This document shows, piece by piece, positions 1 to 11,086 of a stretch of DNA of 64,000 nucleotides (position 1 is its first letter; each line of letters starts with the position of its first letter). The DNA lies in the NCBI RefSeq assembly GCF_039555335.1, contig NC_092646.1, positions 58,010,946 to 58,074,945 of the forward strand. Reading direction: 5' to 3'. The stretch is from Amphiura filiformis (Eukaryota). A model generated the notes under the pieces. That model saw only the letters and a list, made by a program, of their open reading frames with translations. It searched no databases and was not told the DNA's origin. A program made the translations under genes and the position numbers.

Positions 1-3000
1 ACCAGTAGTGTCCAAGGGGTTAGGTTTTCAGTCGTCACTACAAGTGCAACACAAATATATCCGCAGTGAAGACAACCAATGGATTTGGTTTATTTACATT
101 CTTATATGTGTACCATATCCGTTCCATTAACTGCCCACGACGCTATAAGCGCCCACCCAGTACAACAAGCAAACTGATATTAGTTTATTAATGGCCCAAT
201 GCAAATCTGTCTTGTTGGCCTAAACAATGTAAAAAATAAGCGTCCACCCAAAATGATTTGATTAAGTGCCCTGGGTGGTTTACAAATACGGTACATCCAT
301 ATCAAAAGGATGCACTTGCTGGCTGCTACATGTCTCTTTTTACAAAATAGCTAAAAATAAATACCAGACTCGCCTCATTTGAGACCTGTCACTTCAAATC
401 ATCACCAAGTTACATGGGCTAGGAATATACAGAGAATATGTGACCATCCACCATGAAGTGGTAGTAAAGTCGGACCTGTCATTTTCTGTTTATTGCAGAT
501 TTTGAAAGAATGCATTTTCAGCTTTAATATGACACACAAAGTATCACAAATTATTATTTAAGCCCTATACTTTGTCTATACTTTATTTAACACGCACAAT
601 ATAGACCAGACAGATCAACAATATCCCTCTTAACCTGGGTCTACTTCAGGGGCGGATCCAGGAATTTTCAATAGAGGGGGCGCCGAGCCACCACCGCCGC
701 TGCTGCGGCTCGGCGCCCACACAAAGTCAGGCGCCGCTCTGCAAAAATACACAGAGTCAGGCGCCGATCTGCAAAAAATAGAGGGGGCGCGCGCCGGGTG
801 CGCCCCCTCTAAATCCGCCACTGTACTTTTCAGCGTAGTGGTCAAAACCTAACCATTCCCGCCGATTACGAACTGATCAAACTATAGTTACTATGTAAAA
901 AGAGACATGCAGCCGGCAAGTGCATAATTTTATTATATGTACACATATATTAAAGAGAGGGAAAGATATTGGTGGTACAAAAGTCATGTTTCTCAATTAG
1001 ATCATTCTCTTTGGTATATAAAACAAAAATAATTTAAACTCACACAGTGTGTTTTGTGTCCTGAAACTTACATCTATAAAATATATAATTTGGTACAAAA
1101 AAAATAATACATCTATATAAAACTTGATATCTGAAGAAATCTTATACATTTATAAAATATAATCCATATGCTACATACAGGATGTATCAAACTGATTGGT
1201 ACACCATCCATTTCCTGCAGTTATGGAACACATTAGATTTCACAACCTGAAGAGAATTGATCAATAAAATTGAATTCCATCCTGAGGTTGGTACATGTAT
1301 CTGTCAATGAGTTATTGAGTTGACTAAATCACTAGGATGTCATTAGAGCTAGAGGCAGAATATGACACAAATGGGTCAACAAGTAACATAGAAATGACCT
1401 TGTGTGGTATTTAGTTCCCAGAAAGTGAGTTTTTCCTGAGGCAATTTGTGGTTAACTGTTGATCCCTCACTATAATAGTTATTAACCGTCGATTTGGTTG
1501 GAAAAGGAGGTGAGACATGATCAATTCTGTTCAGGCAGTAAAACCTAATGAAAAGTACATAATTATTATACACATTGCTTCAAATCTTTTATATAATATA
1601 AAAACAGTAAATACTATACTCTTGCTTTCCTTTAATTGACTCTCAGATAGCACCAATTTCACACATTTATTTTTGATATGATTTTGAAAAACTATATTGA
1701 TTTCAATTTTTCTAAACTCATTATATAAATATTTCTTTTCCTTCTTAAATTTTGCCTAATTTTAATTAGGCCTAATCAGAAATTATCTATACAATATATT
1801 TTGCATCACTGATCCAAGCATCAGACCCCCGGGGGGTACTCAAGTTTGGTTTTGGTAGGGACGAGCCGCTGAGAATTTGAAAGTGGACCCATAAATATAC
1901 CAATTTTTCAAGAAATTTGGACCCATTTATATACCAAAAGTCAAAATTTTCGGCCGAATTTAACCCAAATTGTCTTAGTTTTTACAAATTTTCCCAAAAT
2001 TTTGGGAAAATTTTGAAAATTTTGGCTAGGTTAAGGAAAAATTGGGCTATTTTCCGAAAAAATTGAGAAAATTTTGAAAAAGGACCCATTCATATACCAA
2101 AATAGGCTTTGAAAAAGGGGTCATTGATATACCAAGAGGCTGAAAATGCTACCCATATTTATGCACGTCCCCCGTATGGTCATTTGTACCAGTAATTCCC
2201 GATCAGACCACGAAGGCTAAGTAAAAAATATAACATGTATATCGTCCGAACTTTTTCAAAAATCAGTAAGGGAGGCCCTTATTATTTGCTATTATGTTAT
2301 TTTTTTATCATTCATTTCTGTGTAACCTACCCCTATGAAGAGAGTGTTTGCAATGTGTTTATAAATGATAATCAAGAACTTCTTAACATGCCTTTTCATT
2401 ATATAATTTTAGAAACAAAGTAAGGGAGCAAAGAAGAAAAATAACAAAAATATTTGAAAATCTCCGAAAATCGGTGGAGGCGGGAACGATATATACATGT
2501 TATTTATTTTACTTGGCCTAATTATAAATAAGCAAGTTTTTTTTATTTCTTTAACATTTATTCAAATATAAATAGAGGTAACATGTTAATGTACATAGAA
2601 AATTAAATCTTATTCATATACATGATATATAGTTAATCCAGTAAATACAAGTCTTGAGGATGTGTGCTCATACATGATATGTGACATGATCAAGGGGAAT
2701 GGGTCACATGTCGACCCTGGTCGAAAATGAGTTTTACATATATTTCTAAAGAGGACATTTAGAGCTTTCTGAAACTGAAAACCCCATATCATGTTGATAC
2801 GACTTTTCTTTGCAAAGTTACATCAATTTATCAATCATTGAAAACAATATAAAACAAAAGAATTTTAACACTTTCTTTGCCATTATCTCAAAATCACTAT
2901 TAGCGACATCCGACTCATTTCCCTTGATCGTGTCACATATATAGTTAATCCAGTAAATACAAGTCTGAGGATGTATGCCCATTCAAGGATCTCATAGAAA

Positions 3001-3339
3001 AAAGACCCTGTGATCACACTGAAGCAATGGACACACATCCCCTGCTACCTGTGCAATTATATTAGGTAAGTTTTATCTATATTGCAACTGTGAAGGTTTC
3101 TGGGAGTTGACAATTCCCAATATTGATAAAAACCAAACCAGTAACTGCACATGTAGGTTTGCTGTCAACAACTGATATATTGGCATAATATTTTAGACTA
3201 AAATAGTTCAAATTGTATAAAGTCTCTTATCATTGTAAGGCTACATGCAGTGTTCTACCCAGCCGGTCAGGGATATCCGGCATAGAGTCTTCCCGACTGG
3301 CATCAAGCTTAAATATATTGGTCACCAACCGGCGGGTCT

Positions 3340-3470
3340 CCCTGTCAGTCCGAAAATCTAATTGAAGTTATGGTTATGGTTAGGGTTAGGGTTGACGTCT
3401 TTTTCAATTAGATTTTCGGACTGACAGGGGTTCGGATTGACAGTGTTTCGTACTGACGAGGTGTACCCCG
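3340..3470. repeat. Hairpin element with (TTAGGG)2.5 in its loop
   Basis: ccctgtcagtccgaaaatctaattgaa ... ttcaattagattttcggactgacagggg; the loop reads gttatggttatggttagggttagggttgacg. Confidence 0.7.
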
Positions 3471-3849
3471 ACCGGCACAAAAAATCTTTGAAATCGCAGA
3501 AAATGCACAAGTTACAACCAAAATGTTGTGTTTTTTACCTGAGAGAACAGTAAGAGATGAATTAGTCCATGTGGGGAGATTACGAGATAAATTTGTCCGT
3601 GGTGTAGCTATGTGTAAGGAGGGAGAACACCTACACCACAGATAAATTCATCTCTTAATCTGCCTACATGGATAATTCATCTCTTATCTCCCTCCTTACA
3701 TACACTCAGCTACTAAAATGAGCCAGCGCTAAAATTGTGCTGGCTATAACTCTGGCTACATGCCAGAATGGCTTCCACATACTTATGCATGTTGGTTTGA
3801 GTGACAACCTTTTCCCCCCATTGGTATCTTAATGTATCTCATACCCAAG

Positions 3850-4071
3850 TATAATGTACCCAACTTCAAGCCAATTCTGAGTTGTGAAGCCTGGAAAAGC
3901 TGAGTATAGTAGACCAGGGTGCAAATCCTGCTGATTATTGAACCATTCTAGTCCCTTAGATACAGCACTACTGATCTTGTCAGCATTGGTAACCATGGAA
4001 ACATCAGTCAACTCCTGCAGGAAATGTTCCAGCTGTAGGAATGCTAAGACTGTTGCTAGGATATGCTTCAC
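3850..4071 (-). CDS. Candidate exon (KHILATVLAFLQLEHFLQELTDVSMVTNADKISSAVSKGLEWFNNQQDLHPGLLYSAFPGFTTQNWLEVGYIIL), possibly a VWA5A-like C-terminus
   Basis: An 80-aa open frame ends at a GG|gtatga donor. The composition resembles the VWA5A C-terminal region (ATILAV.WLH...EWELL..KA). Confidence 0.3.
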
Positions 4072-4239
4072 TGTGGTGATGGTTGAAGTTCCTAAATTGG
4101 GGAAAGAAAAATGGGAGCGACCTCATTAGTTTGAAGGGTCATTGGTATGAAAAGGGGTTTAGGGCATTTTAAGGTTAGGATTAAGTGGGGGTTAATGTTA
4201 GGGTTAAGGGTTAGGGTCAGTAGTAAGGTTAGGTTCCAA

Positions 4240-4385
4240 CTGTGAACTCGGGTATGAGTGCAGTGGTTAAGAATCTGGACCGGTAACCCAGCGACTAGGG
4301 TTCAATCCCCAGAGAGTCCTGATTTTTTCTCTCTAAAAATGTTCACATGTCAGTTTGCTCGAGCCCCAAACACGTCATTTAAATC
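4240..4385 (+). mobile_element. tRNA-derived SINE (family 3), copy 1
   Basis: The head carries A/B-box-like motifs (cagtggttaag ... ggttcaatccc). It is nearly identical to the copy at 4565-4700. Confidence 0.7.
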
Positions 4386-4564
4386 ATAATTTCTTTGGCT
4401 TGCATCATTTATTTCCGATCCTTGCATATATCAATTGTGTCTTGCATTGTCTAACACCCTGCTAGGGTGAAGCATATAGGCCGCCTCCTTCTTCATTATT
4501 TAATATATAATTGGCCGCTGACACAATGAGAGAGTTATCATGGGGACTTAAGTTGAGGTTACCT

Positions 4565-4700
4565 GAGTACCAACTGTGAACTCAGGTAGTACAGTGGTTA
4601 AGACTCTGGATCGGTAACCCAGCGACGGGGTTCAATCCCGCTGAGTCCTGATTTTTTTCTCTCAATGTTTTCATATGTCAGTTTGCTTGAGCTCCAAACA
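4565..4700 (+). mobile_element. tRNA-derived SINE (family 3), copy 2
   Basis: Same as copy 1, in direct orientation 325 bp downstream. Confidence 0.7.
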
Positions 4701-4759
4701 CGTCATGAAAATATTCTTACCATTGTACTCATAAACATTCAATTTTGTATACTATTATT

Positions 4760-5390
4760 TGTGACACAATCTGGTCCATGGAGGCCAAGGAGGCATTTTG
4801 GAAAATTGAGTTACTACAATTAGGCCAAAAAAAAATATTGTTGTGTTGCCCTCAACCGTCCTACCCTAAATCCTGAAAAATCAGGGTTAATTTTTTTTTT
4901 TTTTTTTTTTGGAATGATGATTTTTACAGATTTGTTCAAAAACTCAATGTTTTTCACTTAAAATAAATATTTTATTGTAAGACTAGTCTTTAATTGTTGT
5001 CTAACAGGTATCCAGAAGTCAAAATTGACAAATGTCCCCTAATTGAACAAGCATTATTTGAGGGGATTTTTAAAAATTGGAAGGTTTAAAAAAAAAAAAG
5101 GAAAAAAAAATAATAATCCGACCGTCCTACCCAAATTTCCCATTTTTCCACTTGAGGGCAACACAACAATATTTTTTTTTTTGGCCTTATCACCTTATAT
5201 ACAAACATTAGGCTATCATATACTGAAAACACCAAAGGTCTAGCATACTTGCTTCTAAAGTTATGAAATGTTGTGATGTCTATTTTCTTATGTATTGTAT
5301 TGTTTTTTTATTCCATATTTTGGCATAATCTTAATTTCAAATTTGCCGCCTTTGGCCTCCATGGACCAGATTGTGTCACATTTTATACCA
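4760..5390. mobile_element. MITE/foldback family T (TIR TGTGACACAATCTGGTCCATGGAGGCCAA), about 630 bp
   Basis: The termini at 4760-4790 and 5360-5390 are inverted complements. Internal sub-repeats are inverted, and there is a poly-T tract. Confidence 0.75.
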
Positions 5391-5411
5391 CTTACCTGAG
5401 ACATCAATACC

Positions 5412-5516
5412 TGCATCCTGTAATAATATGCACACACTAGATGTCTGAATGTCAAGTAAGTCTTCCAGAAGATACTCAGAAAAAACCCAAGAGCCATCCT
5501 GAAATGTAGAGTAAAA
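5412..5516 (-). CDS. Candidate exon (DGSWVFSEYLLEDLLDIQTSSVCILLQDAGIDVS), possibly the C-terminal region of a second VWA5A-like copy
   Basis: The acceptor is tctacatttcag| and the donor CAG|gtaagt. The approximately 103-bp exon sits within these approximate coordinates (its boundaries were not base-verified). The DGSW motif is as in VWA5A C-termini. Confidence 0.35.
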
Positions 5517-6589
5517 GTCAAAGGTCAACTGAAGGGTAATATCATAAACTATGAAAGAGATGCAAAGACACTGAAATGAGCTGGCCAGTGCTATTGTTAT
5601 GTAAATGTATCCTTTGAATCATTGCTCAATATAGCAAGTATCAAAATACTGAAAATACACTGAAATACTTCTGAAACACAATTTCAGAGTTGACTTTCTT
5701 TTGTTCTGGTCATTTCAGTGTTGAGGTTTGCTTTTCAATGCTTTTTTCATTGACAAAATTTCATAGTGGATCTAGATCAGAAAAAAATGTGTAGAAAATG
5801 ATAACCAATGTTTAAAAATTTACAAAATGATGACCAAAGGATCAACAGGGTTGCTCAGATTTTGACAAAAGCCACGTCAAAGTATTCCGCTGGTCATAAC
5901 GATTCAGAAAAAGTAAAGTTTGACCTGCGACATACTATTCTTGAGTTAAAAGCAAATAGGTCAAAGTCAGGGGGTGGTAAGTTTGTTTTGGCTACACAGG
6001 GGTCAGAAACTAAAAGTACTCATATTTCTACAAAAATGTATGGTCTCAAATTGTTGTGATTTCAACTGGAACAGCTCAAAGTCTATCTCCAGGGTAGCGA
6101 AGCATCTCTGAGAGTCGCTTCAAATTAATATTAAACCAATACTAGGTTTGTTTGTACTCATTTTAATGCATTTTTCATGCTGATTACAAATATGGTCATG
6201 AAAAGATTATACAATTCTGGAATTTTGTAAATTAAAAAAACCCTTGAAACTTGTCATCTGCAGTCGACACCCGCATGTCAAGAGTTAATTCACACTTACA
6301 TGTTGCTGTAGTTGCAGATTCATATTCACTGTAGAAGAAGTACAGTTCTTCTGCATCTTTCGCAGACATTTCACTTCAACTGGGGTGACATCATAATGGT
6401 ATGTTATAGGCTCATCGGGCGATATTTGATTAGTTGTATCTTCATTTAAGATCTGTTAAAAGTATAACCAGAATTGTACACATTACATATTTGTTCTCAT
6501 CATAATTATTTACTCAGTTTCGGGGTGGGGGAGGGGGGGGGCATGATAAAAATTTTGGTGGGTATGCTCCCCTTTGGGAACTAAAAGCG

Positions 6590-6840
6590 TTACGTAAAAG
6601 AGGGCTCTTTCAGAGTTGGGTATGGTCAAAATCAAGGGTCTTTCCTAGCTTTCTGGTTAAAAATCGCCTTGAAAAAAACCAACAGAAATGTGAGGGATCT
6701 TATAGAGCTGGAATTATCAAAATCAAGGATCTTTCAGTACTCTGTTTTGGTAAAATTCAGGGGTCTTTCGAAGCTTCAAGGTACAAAAACAGGGGTCTTT
6801 CGAAGCTTCAAGGTACAAAAACAGGGGTCTTTCTGGGGGA
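6590..6840. repeat. Degenerate 36-40-bp minisatellite (caaggg(g)tctttc...)
   Basis: caggggtctttcgaagcttcaaggtacaaaaa repeats perfectly twice at 6757-6835, with degenerate copies upstream. Confidence 0.7.
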
Positions 6841-6916
6841 TTATATGTGCATGGTCATTTGTGTTGAGTGCCCCCCATTCAATTATAAGTCATTTTCATC
6901 ATTTATAATCTTAAAA

Positions 6917-7036
6917 TGGGATTTCAAATGGGGTTTCCTGAAAGGATGACTCCATTTGAAATATCTACACCCCTGTGTGGATTAAGGTCATGTCTTCCAT
7001 AGGGGGTTTATGGATTTCAACTGGAATAGCCCAATG
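6917..7036. mobile_element. MITE family A (palindromic, about 190 bp), half copy
   Basis: The terminus is ccatagggggtttatggatttcaactggaatagcccaatg. Confidence 0.7.
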
Positions 7037-7489
7037 CACTATCAGTGATTCCTGTGCATCGTTGGGCAGGAAAAACCTCCTATGTGCTTGTGGACCCTGA
7101 ACAGGTTTAAAACAAAACTGCCAACTGATTACATTTAGAGGTTTTGCTTTAAACATGTTCAGGGGCAAGAGATTTTTCCTGCCCATTAACGACACTGTGA
7201 AAGTGTACACAAAGTTCAACTCAGTAGGAACAGCTTTAGCTTAAAGCAGAGACTAAATTAAAATACCCAAGGGAAGAATATGCCAACTGTCATTGGGTTT
7301 TTTAATAAAATGATATGAACAGTGCCGTAGATTACTTTTTTGACACCGAGTTGGTAAAATATTCATGAATCCAGCATCTTTTGGCGACAGAATAAGTTTA
7401 ATGTGTGTGAAGATTTTTTGGCCATATTGAAGCTAAAAACTGGAATAGCCAGTTTAGCGGTAAAACCAATAGCTGAGTACAAAGTACTA

Positions 7490-7798
7490 AGGACCAACCT
7501 GACTGACATCTATCCAATCCAGCGTTTCTTTGCCCTTATTCTTAGCCTGCATATCATCTTTCCATTCAGCGTCCTGTGCTTTGTATTTCTCCGCATCAGT
7601 AACCATCTGTTCTATCTCTTCTCTGGAAAGACGCCCTTTGTCGTTGGTGATAGTGATGTTATTCTTCTTGCCGGTGAGCACGTCTTGGGCAGACACATTG
7701 AGGATACCGTTGGCATCAATGTCAAAGGTCACCTCGATTTGTGGTACACCACTAGGTGCTGGAGGAATGCCAGACAGTGCAAATTTGCCCAAAAGATT
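7490..7798 (-). CDS. HSP70-family exon (C-terminal substrate-binding/lid region); the 3' boundary is uncertain
   Basis: The translation [39 protein letters not shown]...[29 protein letters not shown] matches the cytosolic HSP70/HSC70 consensus. An AG acceptor (catatgcag|AAT) lies at 7799-7801 on the minus strand. The sequence after AKN no longer resembles HSP70. Confidence 0.7.
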
Positions 7799-8693
7799 CT
7801 GCATATGGATAAAGAAGTTAAAACTTTTCATTGGTTTAATTAAAATGTGTTTTAATCCTATGGATTAGTAATGCAATGTTTTAATTAGGGACTGTTCAAT
7901 ATTTATACCAGGGGGATGGGAGTTTTGACAACAACAAAAAATTAACAAAACGATCAAATAGTAATTTGGTATGGTATCAATCGCCATAGTATTATGTCAA
8001 CTGGGTCAGTAATTCTTCCCGTTTTAGTGATTGCTCCAGTCTGTGTTCCTCCCTCACGTCCGCTCAAATTTTTTGGATTCCCCAGTGGCGCGCCACAAGT
8101 TATACTGAATTGAATGGAAGAAGATAGAATTTCAAAAGTGGGGGTGGCAGGGGGGGAACGCCCTGGGCAATTGACCAATTCAGCATGATTCTGGGCCCCC
8201 TCTTAGCGATGAAAGTCAAAATTTTGCGCATTTCAGCACAAAATCATTTGAAAGATCAATGTAAGACCAATATTCAACTTCATTATAACTAAAATTAATG
8301 AGTGATATGCCCTATTTGTGCAAATTTTCACACGTTTCGCGCACACTTGTTTCAAAAATTGGGGAGGGGCGCCATTATGCATCCTTAGCCCTGGGCGCCA
8401 AAACCCCTAGCTACACCACTGGATAGATCAGCATTCACTCACCGTGCTCATATTAGCGTGTTTCGAGAGTCTATGTAAGTTTTGTCAATTATGAAATACT
8501 CTCTTTTTTATTCAAATTGTTGCATAGTGTCGAATGAGGTATCAAAATGTGCAGAACTAAATTCTCCATTTATTGATTGCTTCATTTGGTAAATTAAGTT
8601 TTTAAACTGTCTTCAGATATTGCTTTTGTGTGCAGTATATTATCAACAAGTATACATGTACCTAGCTAACCAAATCTGTGCCTTATCACTTAC

Positions 8694-8884
8694 GTTATCT
8701 CTGGTCATGCCACGCTCTCCCTCATACACCTGAATCAATACTCCAGGCTGGTTATCCGAGCTGGTGGTGAATATCCGAGTCCGTTTGGTCGGGATGGTTG
8801 TGTTACGCTTGATGAGTGGTGTCATGACACCACCGGTAGTCTTGATACCAAGCGACAGAGGAGTGACATCAAGGAGAAGAAGGT
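8694..8884 (-). CDS. HSP70-family exon (substrate-binding domain)
   Basis: It encodes [64 protein letters not shown], flanked by a ttttcag acceptor and a GTAAGT donor. It is in frame and in phase with the exon at 7798. Confidence 0.75.
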
Positions 8885-10149
8885 CTGAAAAAGGAATTCA
8901 ACAAGAGAGAATGTGTAGAATAAGTCTACCGTGGATTTTTTTTTTCTCACAATGTTTTCTTCCAATTGCAATCACAAAATTCAAAGACTTGACACAAGTC
9001 TAAGCATTCAAAATCTTGAATATAGGCTAAATGTTTGTTCTTAATTTTAATGTTTTTGTTTGATTTTTTGTTAAATAATTGGTTATAAAAAAGATTAGAA
9101 AATGTGTTTTCAAAAATAAAGAATGCTTAACTTGAAATTAGTATTTGTACAAGTCTTTGGGTTTGATTGTCACAGCATATTAAAACACCCTTAAAACATA
9201 TTTTTGGCCCTTATTTCCAAACTTTGGTCAAACAAAAAGAAAGAAGTTAGCAATTAAAAATTGTACTTTCATTGCCAGTTAATTCTAACTAAAGGATTAG
9301 GATTTGGCTATGTTTCATTAGGCAAAACAAGATAATATTTTTTTACTCCCAAATATTTAGTGCTGTATTTTTCTGGAATCCGGAGTAATACACAACGATT
9401 TCTGTTACATACACTGACCAGTGTCTTTTGCCCCCAGTAAAAACCTAAAAGTACAAAATTTTCCACTTTTTGCTGCGATTTTGTGTAAAATTTGATGATT
9501 GTGCCCCCCCATTAAATTTGCCCCCCCCCCCCGGAAAAATTCTTGGCGCTGCCACTGACACTGACCATTCATTGATTTCCTCTTCTGAAGGCTTGTCATC
9601 ACATCCCCTCTTGGCAACAAAGGACTGCCATGACTGTCCTCCACTTTTTCCTTTACTTGTGACCATACTTTGAGGTTGGAATCCCAGACAATGTTTGCTT
9701 CTTCTGATAGGGTTGTTGATATGACTGTTAAAATAAAGGTGACAAAATAAAAAGTATATGTAATAAAAAAATTTAAAAAAAGAAATTTGAACAAATCGTA
9801 GCGTAGCATGAAAATCACAAAAATGAACTTTGCTGACAGGAGGACTCGAACCAACGACCTTGGCGTTACTAGTCGCCTTAAATAAAATATACAATTAATT
9901 TAATCAATATGTATATTTAAATGGAGCTGCTAATGTGTTCATGACATTTGAAATTCATACTCCTCATGTGGTAGATATATACAAAATCATCCACATGGGT
10001 AGTGTGGATTTTAAATGGAATATTCCAACGTGTGCCAAATATCTCTTTCCCTCCTTTTGACTTAATTGCCTCAGTTTGATAATTCCTCTGAGAAGTAGTC
10101 CAATCTATATATCCCTTGCTTTTATTAACAGTGCAGCCAGTGTAAAGTA

Positions 10150-10930
10150 CTATTTATTTATTTATTTATTTGGCTTCATACACTGGTTACAATATCAAAT
10201 AACAAAGTTAGATAAAAGATGGATAAATATATTGCACAAAGTAAAAGTATAAAAGACATATATATATACATGTGAATAAAACGCACCACGGATCCAGCAC
10301 ATGTAGGAGAGATACCAGTGTAGAGGATTGGGATGAACAGGTGCATATCACCTCTAGGACCATCCCACCTCAAGATCAAAAAATTAATTAAGACACCTAC
10401 AAATAGCACAGCTGCATCACGGAAACCCACGTACAAATGTCATGCAGCCGGCCGAAAATTTAACTCAAAATGAGAATGCAAAAAATGAACCACATTGCTT
10501 TTAAAAACAGAAAAAGATGAAGAGGACCTAACACTAAGGGGAAGCTGATTCCAAATTGGCACAATGCGGTTAAAAAAACTGGACTTAAAAGCTTCCGTTT
10601 TGCAGAAGGGGATCCTAAGGCGCAAGGTGTCACATGTTGATCTTGTGTTGGGACGGTCTTGCCCAATCTCTGACTTGTAAAACTTGACATACTTGTAGAC
10701 ATCCAGATCGTAATTGTCAGACAAGGACTTGTAAAATAAACAAATATCAAGTTGCTCTCTGAAGCGTGAGGGTAACATACCCAGATGGCACAACCGCTCC
10801 CGATAATCCAGATCAGGATAGTGCATGATGAACTTGGTAGCTCGCCTTTGAACACCTTGAGACACTGAATATTGTGTCTGGATGTACCACTCAAAGGCAG
10901 CTACCAAATTCAAGATCACTCCTGATCAAT
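10150..10930 (-). mobile_element. 3' fragment of a non-LTR (LINE) retrotransposon ending in an (AAAT)n tail
   Basis: The 159-aa ORF at 10440-10919 ends in the conserved LINE ORF2 C-terminal tail motif ...RIPFCKTEAFKSSFFNRIVPIWNQLP. An (ATTT)5 microsatellite sits at 10150-10175. Confidence 0.6.
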
Positions 10931-11086
10931 GAATTATACAGGGCTTTGGTGATTTTTTCAGGTGCCTTAAAACCAACTGTGCGCATGATGAGACCCATTT
11001 TTTATTGCACTTTTGCACTTTTTTTTTTTTTTTTACTCACACCTATCTTCTGATATCATGTGTGTTATGTAACCCATATGAACATG

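Noticed and set aside
1800-2200. Repeated ggacccat(t/a)tatataccaa motifs (4 copies)
   Set aside because: This is a degenerate low-complexity AT-rich repeat with no further structure. It is noted but not interpreted.
5808-6059. 83-aa plus-strand ORF (MFKNLQNDDQRINRVAQILTK...)
   Set aside because: It has no splice signals and a low-complexity, lysine-rich AT-driven composition; it is probably random.
7403-7868. Plus-strand ORFs of 146 aa and 112 aa overlapping the HSP70 exon
   Set aside because: They are antisense shadow ORFs of the genuine minus-strand HSP70 coding sequence, and their translations match no recognisable protein family.
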